Source: an uncultured Eubacteriales bacterium
GTDB taxonomy: Bacteria > Acidobacteriota > Aminicenantia > Aminicenantales > Aminicenantaceae
Assembly (NCBI GenBank): GCA_964624145.1
Contig: CAZUXT010000002.1
Span: 86,020-150,019, forward strand
Direction: 5' to 3'
DNA: 64,000 nt
Shown here: piece after piece, positions 7,418-15,930 of the stretch
Layout: each line of letters starts with the position of its first letter
Position numbering within the stretch: position 1 is the stretch's first letter
Made by a program: the position numbers and the translations under genes
The notes under the pieces: generated by a model
Database searches by the model: none
Told to the model about the DNA's origin: nothing
What the model saw: the letters and a program-made list of their open reading frames with translations, nothing else

Positions 7418-9787
7418 CTATTCATATTTCAGACTATCCACCGGATTAGCAAAAGCCGCTTTCAAAGTTTGAGAAGTAACGGCAATCAGAGCTGTAATAA
7501 ACGTTACGGCAACGGTGAATAATAATATACCTGATCCTACACTTATCCTGAAGGTAAACCCCCACTGTAAAAAACTGTATGAAATAAAGTAAGCAATAGG
7601 CAAGGCAATGCTATTCGCAATAATAACCAGTAACAAAAAATCTTTGATGAGCATACTTACGATCCCGGCAACCGATGCCCCTAATACTTTTCTTATGCCG
7701 ATTTCCTTTATCCTTCTTTCAACGGCAAATGAAGCGAGCCCGAATAAACCTAAACATGAAAAGATTATTGCACATATAGCAACTGCCCCACAGAGTTCGG
7801 CTATTGTTTGTATAGCTCTGTAATTATCAAAAAAGTAATTTTCATGAATAATATATTCAAAAGGCATGGCAGGTAAAAACCGATACCATTGTTCCTTCAT
7901 ATACTTAACCACATCCGGAATTACTGCTTGTGAAGATGCTCTCACCAGTAAATAATTACTATATTCAGGAGATAAAGAGAATACCGCAGGAAGAAGAGGA
8001 TAATGAACGTCTTTAAAATGATAATCTTTTACTACACCGATAACAAACCCTTTCCGGTTATTAACGGTTATTTGTTTCCCTACCGGATTTTGCCACTGTA
8101 ATTGCTCCATTGCTTTTTCATTGATGATGAATTTATCTTTATCTTCATATTCTCTGGAAAAATCTCTCCCCTGCACTATCTTCATATCGAACACCTTTAT
8201 AAAATCATAATCTATACCATACACATTCATAGACCACGCATCATTTTCATCTATACCTTCAGGAATTACTTTGAGCTTTGTATCCCAATATGCAGGAATG
8301 CTGCCAGAAGTTGAAACTGCAATTATTTCCGAATGCTTTATCAGCTCTTTCTTCATGGGCTCAATCTGAGAGCGCGCCTCCTCACCAATCTGAACTGCTA
8401 TGACTCCGGTCCGGTTATAACCAAAATCAACATTTATGATGTGGTCGAATTGTTTTCTCACTACAATTGAAAACACAATCAAAATTACAGAGAAAGCAAA
8501 TTGTGTCACAATCAAAACTTTACGAAAAGAGGGACCTTTTTTACCGCTCAGTTTCAATCCCTTTATAATCATTACCGGTTTAAATGCTGAAAGAAAAAAT
8601 GCCGGATAACTCCCTGAAAATACTCCGACAAGCACAGTAACTCCAAAATAAACGAACCAGAGATGCTGATTATTCCAGATTGAAATTTCAAAATCCGCCC
8701 CGAGCCTGGGAATAAAAAAATCACTTAATAATTTGTAAATAACCAGGGCAACAGGTAACGAGAGAAGCGAAAATATAACCGATTCACCGAGAAATTGCAT
8801 TATCAAATTGATTCTATGAGCACCGACAACTTTCCGCAATCCTATTTCCTTCGCACGGGTTATTGAACGCGCTGTAGATAAATTCATATAATTAAAACTT
8901 ACAACAATGAGAAATACTACTCCGATTATTAAAAGTAATACGAATACTGCTATAAATCCCTGACTCATATATGAATCAATATGCCTTGATTTAAAGAAAA
9001 AATCTTTAAAGGGAAAGAGATACATCCTTGTGGGAGAATCAGGAGTGTGAGCATAATATTTATCAATAAAAGATTGCAATTTTAAATCAATTTCATCAGG
9101 ATTTGAATTTTCCGGAAGCAAAAGAAACGATGATTGGTTATAAGCTTTCCAATCATTCATCCAGTTATACATGTACCGTGCAGTCTCAAATGAGATTAAA
9201 AAGTCAAATCGAATGGCTGAAGTGAGGGGGATTTCTTTCGTTACGCCTGTAACGGTCATATCTAATTTGTTATTAATTGTTAAAATTTTACCTATCGGAT
9301 TAATATCGCCAAAATACTTTAACGCCGCAGCTTCGGTCAATACAATCGAATACGGTTTTGAAAGAGCGGTTTCTGGATCACCCGATACCATATCAAAACT
9401 AAAAAAGGAAATAAAATTAGGATCTGCAAATAACACTGAGTTTTCATAGATAATCTCATCTTTGCATTTAACCGTTAATTGATCTGCCGGGAAACTTCGT
9501 GTGGCATCTTCAATTTCCGGAAATTCACTTTTCATCGCAGGAATGAGCGGCGCCGGGGTGATTGCAGAATGGCGCTCGCCTTCATTTCCGGAAGAAAATA
9601 CCTGAACTATCCCATATATCCTCTTTGCATTTTTATGCAGTTTCCCGATGTTGAAACCGGTATCAGAAACAAGCGCAAACAGCATAAAAATCCCTAATCC
9701 AATTGCCATACCTGAAATAGTTATGAGGGAATAAGCTTTTTGTCTCATTATATTTCTGAACGCCACCTTCACATAATTTTTAATCAT
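7418..9787 (-). CDS. ABC-transporter permease, duplicated FtsX/MacB-like (ADOP-type)
   Basis: 789 aa. MIKNYVKVAFRNIMRQKAYSLITISGMAIGLGIF, then a large periplasmic domain, an FtsX TM bundle, a second periplasmic domain and a second FtsX bundle ending ...NPVDSLKYE. No adjacent ATPase gene. Confidence 0.9.
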   Translation of the reverse strand: MIKNYVKVAFRNIMRQKAYSLITISGMAIGLGIFMLFALVSDTGFNIGKLHKNAKRIYGIVQVFSSGNEGERHSAITPAPLIPAMKSEFPEIEDATRSFPADQLTVKCKDEIIYENSVLFADPNFISFFSFDMVSGDPETALSKPYSIVLTEAAALKYFGDINPIGKILTINNKLDMTVTGVTKEIPLTSAIRFDFLISFETARYMYNWMNDWKAYNQSSFLLLPENSNPDEIDLKLQSFIDKYYAHTPDSPTRMYLFPFKDFFFKSRHIDSYMSQGFIAVFVLLLIIGVVFLIVVSFNYMNLSTARSITRAKEIGLRKVVGAHRINLIMQFLGESVIFSLLSLPVALVIYKLLSDFFIPRLGADFEISIWNNQHLWFVYFGVTVLVGVFSGSYPAFFLSAFKPVMIIKGLKLSGKKGPSFRKVLIVTQFAFSVILIVFSIVVRKQFDHIINVDFGYNRTGVIAVQIGEEARSQIEPMKKELIKHSEIIAVSTSGSIPAYWDTKLKVIPEGIDENDAWSMNVYGIDYDFIKVFDMKIVQGRDFSREYEDKDKFIINEKAMEQLQWQNPVGKQITVNNRKGFVIGVVKDYHFKDVHYPLLPAVFSLSPEYSNYLLVRASSQAVIPDVVKYMKEQWYRFLPAMPFEYIIHENYFFDNYRAIQTIAELCGAVAICAIIFSCLGLFGLASFAVERRIKEIGIRKVLGASVAGIVSMLIKDFLLLVIIANSIALPIAYFISYSFLQWGFTFRISVGSGILLFTVAVTFITALIAVTSQTLKAAFANPVDSLKYE

Positions 9788-9796
9788 TGCATACCT

Positions 9797-10036
9797 TCAT
9801 TGTGCCGAATCCCGAACAAATGCGGGAAACGATTTGATTACCTGCAACCAGTACCACGCAGCCGCGTTTAAAGTACCGGACTTCTTAATCTTTACTGCAT
9901 AAATTTCATCAAAATCACCCATCGCCGCATAACTGATATCTCTATCGATAATTCGTTTAAGAACCCACCTTGCCAATTTATAAAAGATAGGAAATTGATT
10001 TTTTTGTTGCTGCTGATTTTCACTCCATTTCATCAA
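9797..10036 (-). CDS. Permease-prefix domain ORF (ADOP leader), separated from the permease by an in-frame TGA
   Basis: 79 aa, with LARWVLKRIIDRDISYAAMGDFDEIYA...WYWLQVIKSFPAFVRDSAQ*. The stop is TGA (9799-9797), followed by 3 codons (RYA) and then the permease ATG at 9787 in the same frame. It aligns without gaps to the fused version at 62136 (FLKNRTHRSAAMIKNY). Confidence 0.6.
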   Translation of the reverse strand: MMKWSENQQQQKNQFPIFYKLARWVLKRIIDRDISYAAMGDFDEIYAVKIKKSGTLNAAAWYWLQVIKSFPAFVRDSAQ

Positions 10037-10131
10037 ATTCCCATCCTCTAAGCGGCTTCATCACTCATCATAAATGTAAAATAACGGACAAGTCAACAAG
10101 AAACCCACAAAAAGAAGAGGATATCAGAAAA
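10007..10131 (-). repeat. Repeat copy B: native promoter, 5'UTR and first codons of the permease-prefix gene
   Basis: See copy A (5728-5852): 125 bp, 4 mismatches, no indels. Confidence 0.9.
10067..10096 (-). promoter_or_regulatory. Putative sigma-70 promoter TTGACT-N18-TATGAT for the prefix/permease genes
   Basis: On the reverse strand, TTGACT is at 10096-10091, followed by an 18-nt spacer and TATGAT at 10072-10067. A GAGGA Shine-Dalgarno precedes the ATG at 10033. Confidence 0.45.
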
Positions 10132-10233
10132 GCACTCTTCGCGGATTTTTGTTGACTGGGCATGTTTTCTGTGTGTACCATAAATAATGCAATTGATTGG
10201 AGGGTGGAATATGAAATATCAGGCGGAGTCGCT

Positions 10234-13200
10234 ATGATCAGCAGAAAATTTTCAGATAAAAAGGGTAATCTATGGTTATTTGGGATTCTGGCGATATGCC
10301 TATTCTGGATGCTTGTGTTGGTCTCCTGTAAAAAAGAGGAGAAAACTCCGGCAGAGAAACCAGGTGATAAGACCTTCATTGATCTGACCGGTGTGGAAGC
10401 ATCGGAAAAATGGCTGCAGATGCTAAATACCGAACCAGATCTCATATCCCGGGACACGGTTAAAAAAGCAGTAAAAATAGTAGCCATACATCCCCAAGGT
10501 CAGTTAAAGGAAGACTCTCAGAGTGATGAGCTCAGTATCACCTTTTCCCGCCCTGTGGCACCCCTGGAACCAGTGGCACCTGGCCGTGATCCCCTTATCC
10601 ACACCAATCCACCTCTCAAAGGGGAAGGGTATTTTAAAAACGCCGCCACTTATGCCTTTGTGGTAAAAGAGGATTTAAAACCGTCCACTACTTATCAGGT
10701 AGTCTTTGAAGGGTATGAGAGTCCCTTTGGTTTCCAGGTAAAAAAGCATCAATGGGAGTTTTCAACTCCCCTGATCAGTATCCTGAAGACAGTCCCCAGC
10801 CATAATAAAAAATGGTGTGTGCTGGGACAGCGTGTGCTGGTAAAGTTTTCCCAGCCAGTAAATCCCCTGGATATTAAACCCTATATTAAGGTCACTGTTG
10901 ACAACAAGGATTGGGAACATTTTCAGGTGCGTTATTCCACAGAAGAGGAGCGAAAGGAGCTTTTTTACTGGCAGGGTTATCGCAAGGATCCCAAAAAATT
11001 CATTACTGTTTTTCCCACTCTCGCCTATCCCCAGGCTGCCGATATCCGGGTCTCTTTTCTTAAGGGATTGACCGCCGCAGCCGGCAATCTTGGATTACCG
11101 AGAAACCAGGTGCTGGAGTTCCGGACCTTTGAGAAATTCATTGTTGAAAAAGTGCCGGAAGCTTTTAATCCGGACCAGGGTATTGAAGTTCATCTGTCCA
11201 ATCAGGTGCGGATAGCTGATTTTCTGGACCAGATCACCATTGATCCGGAGGTAAAGATCAACCGGGATTATTTTTATGGTAATGAAAAGTTCCGGATCAT
11301 GGGGGATTTCAAGCCGAATACCCGTTACATTGTCTCCATTCCCCATTCGATACAGGATGTGTTTGGAAACACTCTTCCCAGGGATTACCGGTTCACAGCG
11401 ATGAGCAAAGATTATACATCCTACCTTACCATTCCCACTGGGTCTCATTTTGTCCTGGAGAGCTATCTGACCAGAGCCCTTCCCATCCAGGTTCGGAATA
11501 TCAGAGAAACCGGGGTGCTTTATAAACGGCTTAAGAGTGAAGACTTGGCGGCCCTTGTCGATGGAGGCCGATTGGATACCGAACGCATCAATCCGGAGGA
11601 TTGCCAGGTCTATTCCTGGCAGATCCCGATCCATCATAACCAAAGCATGGTCCTGCCCTTCAAACTCGATAACATCGGGATAGCAGATCCTGGTGTATAT
11701 TATATTAAATTCAATCAGGCCACCAATTACTGGGGAAAACAGGGAGCCGTTTTTCAGCTGACCGACCAGGCCCTGGTCGCCAAATACAGTCCCACTCAAA
11801 TTTTTCTAACCGCCTTTAACCTGAAAAACGGCAAGCTTCAAAAACAACAAAAGTTCAATATCCTGGGAGAAAATTTCAGTGACCGGATCAAAAGCGGTGA
11901 GGATGGAGTGGCACTGCTGAAGCCCCGGGATAGTATTTTTCTAAGCCGGGACCTGCTTAAATTTAAAATTTATTCACCGGAGAGCGGAGCCTTTATTTGG
12001 GGTGAGAAGGATACCATGTTTGACATGTGGAATTTCCGCTATGATTACAATATAAATTATCGCTACTCTCCTCGTTCTTATTACCACCGGCTGCTGGTAT
12101 TCACGGATAAGGATCTTTACAAGGCTGGTCAGACCGTACGATTCAAGGGTATTTTCCGCCATTTAGTGAGTGGTGATCTGCAGATACCTGAGCTCGAGAG
12201 AATCGAAGGGGAAGTATACGATTCCTTTAATAATAAACTCGAGACCTTCACAGTTGATCTGTCTGGCTTTAAAGAGTACGGAACCTTTGCCCACCAGTTC
12301 CAGCTTCCCCGAAAGAGCCCCTCTGGTTTTTACCGGATCCAGCTGAAGATCACCCAACCCGGGCAGGATGAACCCTCTATGCAGAACCTGAATTTTTCAG
12401 TCCAGGAATACAGACCGGCAAAGTTTGAGGTGACGACCGCTTTTAACCAGACTCATGCCATTGCCGGGGAGTCCCTTTCTGGCCGCATAAAGGGAAGATA
12501 TCTTTTTGGTACGCCTATGAAAGAAGCCCACGGAGATTTCAGCCTGAGGATTAAAAACATTTACTTCACTCCTCCGGGTTGGAACAGATTCACTTTCGGT
12601 ACCGCTGAGTCCGCCACTGACCGGACTATTGTCCAGAAAAGCCTCGTTCTTGATGAAAAAGGCATCTTTAATTTTGAGCAGAAAGAATTCTCCTTTGACA
12701 CAAAAAATTCGGTTCGGATGAGCTTGTACGGCGAAATCCAGGACCAGGATAACAATCGGATCAGTTCCGGTTCCTCGATGGTGGTTCACCGGGGGGCTTA
12801 TTATATCGGGGTCCGAACCGGTTCTTATTTCTTTCAGAGTGGAAAACCGGGATCTGTCGAGATCATAACTGTGGACCCCTATGGGAAACAGGAAGGGGAA
12901 CACCGATTAAACATGCTCATCGAGCGGGTGGATTGGAAGTCTTATCAGAAAGAGGATGCATCGGGCAGTCTTCGGTGGTATTGGGAGCGAGAACGGCATC
13001 CTGTAACTGAAGAAGAAATAACGATCATGAACGGCCAGTTATCCAGGGATTTCACTTTTGACCAACCTGGATATTACGAGATCACCTTGACCGGCACAGA
13101 CCGTTTCGGCAACCAAATCACCACTACGGCCAATTTCTATGTCACTGGTGGGGGATACGTCTCATGGCGCATGGATGAAGGCAGGATAATTGATCTGGTG

Positions 13201-15930
13201 ACAGACAAAAAGGAATACCGAGAGGGCGAAACGGTTGAACTGCTGATAAAATCCCCTTTCAAAAAATCCACCGTCCTGATCACTGCCGAACGGGAAAAGG
13301 TCTTCTGGTATAAGACCTTTACCCTCAATGGCAATGCCGGTACCGTAAAAATACCGGTTCTTAGGGATTTTATGCCAAATATCTTTTTTAATGTTATTCT
13401 TTTGAAAGAGAGAACAGGAGTCCGGTGGGATGACTCGGGGAATGATATTGGGAAACCGGAGTTTTACGCCGGATATGCCGGTGTTAAAGTGGAGGCTGAT
13501 TCTCAGAAACTAAACATAGACATCTCGGCTGATAAAGATTCTTATGACCCGGGAGATGCGGTTACTCTCGACTTGACAGTCACCGACCATAATGGAGAAC
13601 CGATAAGTTCGGAACTATGCATCTCAGTGGTGGATAAAGGGGTACTGAACCTGGTAGGCTATGAGCTGCCGGATCCTTTCCGGTATTTTTATCAGGAGAG
13701 ATCTCTGGATGTGCGCACAGTGTCAACCCTGATGGATGTCCTGGGCCGACGGAAGTTTTCAGAAAAAGGTGAAGACCCCGGGGGGGGAGTAGGCGTTTCG
13801 ACTTTTGGTTCTGTAGTGGTGCGGAAGGATTTCAAAGAGAGTGCCTTCTATCAGGCTTTTGCCTATTCCAATAAACAGGGAGAGGCAACGATCCACTTCA
13901 CCCTTCCGGAAAACCTGACCACTTTCAAAGTGATGGTAGTTTCCGTGGACCGCCAACATCGCTTTGGAAGGGGAAAGACCGATCTGCTGGTAAAAAAGGA
14001 ACTGGTTCTCAAACCGGCCCTGCCGGATTTTCTGAGAGCGGGGGATAGCTTCCAGGGCGGTGTGACCGTCACCAATAACACTGACGAAGAGATGAACGTC
14101 ACCGTCCAGGCGGAAGTGTCAGCCATTCAGATTTCAGGTGAAAGGGCTGAGAAGAAGATTCGCCTGTCACCCTTTAAAACCGATTCGGTCTTGTTTGATT
14201 TCAAGGTTCCGGAAGGGAAAAAGATTCCCCGATTCACCTTTCGCGCCCGCAGTGATTCCTATAGCGATGGATATGAACAGTCCATTACCGTGAGGATGCC
14301 TCAATTCACGGAAACAGTGGCCACATCCGGGGAGGTGACCCGGCGCAAAGCCGAAGAGCTGATCACAGTGCCCACTGACAGCATCCGAGAATATGACAAC
14401 CTGAAAATCGCATGGTCTCCATCCATTTCCGGTGGAGTGGAAAAGAGTTTTCAATTCCTGGATGAATACCCCTACGAATGTCTGGAGCAGAAGATCTGCA
14501 GGCTCTTTCCCTTGCTGAAGGAAAAAAGTTATCTCACCCAGTTGGGCATCATAACCCAATCCTATGAAGACCGCCGTGAGCGGGTTGAAACATTTATCAA
14601 CCGAATTGAGGATTATCAGAATCCTGACGGGGGAGTCGGTTACTATCCGGATACCCGTCACAGCAGCTGGTTTTTAAGCACTTTTGCCATGGATTTTCTC
14701 CTGGATGCCCGGAAGGCGGGATATCAGGTAAGTTCGGAATTTTTAAATCCTTTACGAGAATATCTTACAAAGGTTTGTCAGAACAGTATTGAAAGCAGGT
14801 ATCCCTACAGTCTGAATTTGAGGCTATTTAACATGGCCTATGCCGCATATGTCCTGGCACGGGACGGGACCATTATGCAGGACACGGTCAATAATTTGTT
14901 TGAAATGAGGGAACGCCTCCCTCTGGAAGGAGCATCCTACCTTGTCAGGATATTTGACCTAACAGATGAACTGCCTGATTCCATGCAGGCCCTGCTGACC
15001 CGGATGCTGCTCAATAATATAAAAGAGGAACCCACTCGGACCCATTTTGAAAACCGCCCCGATCCTTTCTGGTGGACTGTCCATGGCTCTTCTCTGCGTA
15101 CCACCGCCCACATATTCGATACTCTGCTTCTGGTGTATCAGCGGTTCCCCATGGCTCCAAAAATTGCCCGCTGGCTCTTTGATACCCTCCGGGACAAACA
15201 ATATTTGAACACACAAGAACACCTGGCCATCCTCAGGGCCTTTGAAAAATACTTTGAAAGATACGAGCTGGAAGATCCGGACTACATAGCCCGTATTATT
15301 TTGGATAAGAAGGAAATGGTAAATGTTCAAGTCTCCGACCGGAGATTTTACCAGCTGGATACGTTTTCCCTGAAGGATTTTGATGCTGGAGAACAGATCA
15401 GGTTGAAACTTCAAAAGGAAGGCAAGGGAATCATGTATTACAATACCCGGCTGACCTACCGTCCAGCCGGGATTCTTTCTCCGGTAGACCGGGGATTCGC
15501 AATACGAAAGATTTTCTTTGACCAGGCAGGTCATCCAGTAGCCCCAAACCAGCTTAAAGCCGGAGAAAATTATATGGTGGAACTGAAGATCACCACTAAC
15601 AAAGAACGAAGTTTTGTAGTGGTCAACGACCCACTGCCGGCGGGATTTAAAGTGGTCAATCCCCGTTTCCTCACCCAGGCAAATCTGGCCGGCAGTAATA
15701 TGGAAGAAGGTGAAGCATTCAGATATTGGGGTGACTTTTATCACAGCCAGTATTATTTTGATCGGGTGGAACTGTTTGCTGACTTTCTTGCGGCGGGCAC
15801 CCATACCTGGAAATATCTGGTTATTGCCACCAACAGCGGAGAATACCAGCTGCCTGCAACTATGGTCTTACAGATGTACAACCCGGAGGTTTTTGGAAGA
15901 AGTGCAGATCAAAGGATTAAGATTAAATAA
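10234..15930 (+). CDS. Bacterial alpha-2-macroglobulin family lipoprotein (thioester-containing)
   Basis: Very long ORF (track 10162-15930). ATG 10234 follows AGGCGGAG and gives a lipoprotein signal ...LFWMLVLVSCKKEE. The CLEQ thioester motif in YPYECLEQK is at 14479-14490. It is followed by pbpC, the well-known A2M-PbpC gene pair. Confidence 0.9.
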   Translation: MISRKFSDKKGNLWLFGILAICLFWMLVLVSCKKEEKTPAEKPGDKTFIDLTGVEASEKWLQMLNTEPDLISRDTVKKAVKIVAIHPQGQLKEDSQSDELSITFSRPVAPLEPVAPGRDPLIHTNPPLKGEGYFKNAATYAFVVKEDLKPSTTYQVVFEGYESPFGFQVKKHQWEFSTPLISILKTVPSHNKKWCVLGQRVLVKFSQPVNPLDIKPYIKVTVDNKDWEHFQVRYSTEEERKELFYWQGYRKDPKKFITVFPTLAYPQAADIRVSFLKGLTAAAGNLGLPRNQVLEFRTFEKFIVEKVPEAFNPDQGIEVHLSNQVRIADFLDQITIDPEVKINRDYFYGNEKFRIMGDFKPNTRYIVSIPHSIQDVFGNTLPRDYRFTAMSKDYTSYLTIPTGSHFVLESYLTRALPIQVRNIRETGVLYKRLKSEDLAALVDGGRLDTERINPEDCQVYSWQIPIHHNQSMVLPFKLDNIGIADPGVYYIKFNQATNYWGKQGAVFQLTDQALVAKYSPTQIFLTAFNLKNGKLQKQQKFNILGENFSDRIKSGEDGVALLKPRDSIFLSRDLLKFKIYSPESGAFIWGEKDTMFDMWNFRYDYNINYRYSPRSYYHRLLVFTDKDLYKAGQTVRFKGIFRHLVSGDLQIPELERIEGEVYDSFNNKLETFTVDLSGFKEYGTFAHQFQLPRKSPSGFYRIQLKITQPGQDEPSMQNLNFSVQEYRPAKFEVTTAFNQTHAIAGESLSGRIKGRYLFGTPMKEAHGDFSLRIKNIYFTPPGWNRFTFGTAESATDRTIVQKSLVLDEKGIFNFEQKEFSFDTKNSVRMSLYGEIQDQDNNRISSGSSMVVHRGAYYIGVRTGSYFFQSGKPGSVEIITVDPYGKQEGEHRLNMLIERVDWKSYQKEDASGSLRWYWERERHPVTEEEITIMNGQLSRDFTFDQPGYYEITLTGTDRFGNQITTTANFYVTGGGYVSWRMDEGRIIDLVTDKKEYREGETVELLIKSPFKKSTVLITAEREKVFWYKTFTLNGNAGTVKIPVLRDFMPNIFFNVILLKERTGVRWDDSGNDIGKPEFYAGYAGVKVEADSQKLNIDISADKDSYDPGDAVTLDLTVTDHNGEPISSELCISVVDKGVLNLVGYELPDPFRYFYQERSLDVRTVSTLMDVLGRRKFSEKGEDPGGGVGVSTFGSVVVRKDFKESAFYQAFAYSNKQGEATIHFTLPENLTTFKVMVVSVDRQHRFGRGKTDLLVKKELVLKPALPDFLRAGDSFQGGVTVTNNTDEEMNVTVQAEVSAIQISGERAEKKIRLSPFKTDSVLFDFKVPEGKKIPRFTFRARSDSYSDGYEQSITVRMPQFTETVATSGEVTRRKAEELITVPTDSIREYDNLKIAWSPSISGGVEKSFQFLDEYPYECLEQKICRLFPLLKEKSYLTQLGIITQSYEDRRERVETFINRIEDYQNPDGGVGYYPDTRHSSWFLSTFAMDFLLDARKAGYQVSSEFLNPLREYLTKVCQNSIESRYPYSLNLRLFNMAYAAYVLARDGTIMQDTVNNLFEMRERLPLEGASYLVRIFDLTDELPDSMQALLTRMLLNNIKEEPTRTHFENRPDPFWWTVHGSSLRTTAHIFDTLLLVYQRFPMAPKIARWLFDTLRDKQYLNTQEHLAILRAFEKYFERYELEDPDYIARIILDKKEMVNVQVSDRRFYQLDTFSLKDFDAGEQIRLKLQKEGKGIMYYNTRLTYRPAGILSPVDRGFAIRKIFFDQAGHPVAPNQLKAGENYMVELKITTNKERSFVVVNDPLPAGFKVVNPRFLTQANLAGSNMEEGEAFRYWGDFYHSQYYFDRVELFADFLAAGTHTWKYLVIATNSGEYQLPATMVLQMYNPEVFGRSADQRIKIK

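Noticed and set aside
10068-10487. 139-aa minus-strand ORF across the divergent intergenic region
   Set aside because: It spans the promoter repeat and the 5' end of the A2M gene, has low-complexity content, and has no start context.
11095-15804. Several 160-280-aa minus-strand ORFs (11095-11799, 12397-12903, 14167-14661, 14959-15804)
   Set aside because: All are nested antisense within the 1.9-kaa alpha-2-macroglobulin gene and have no motifs. They are shadow ORFs.
15710-15901. Upstream extension of the PbpC ORF
   Set aside because: It would overlap the A2M gene by 220 nt and adds non-homologous sequence. GTG 15902, just before the membrane anchor, is more plausible.
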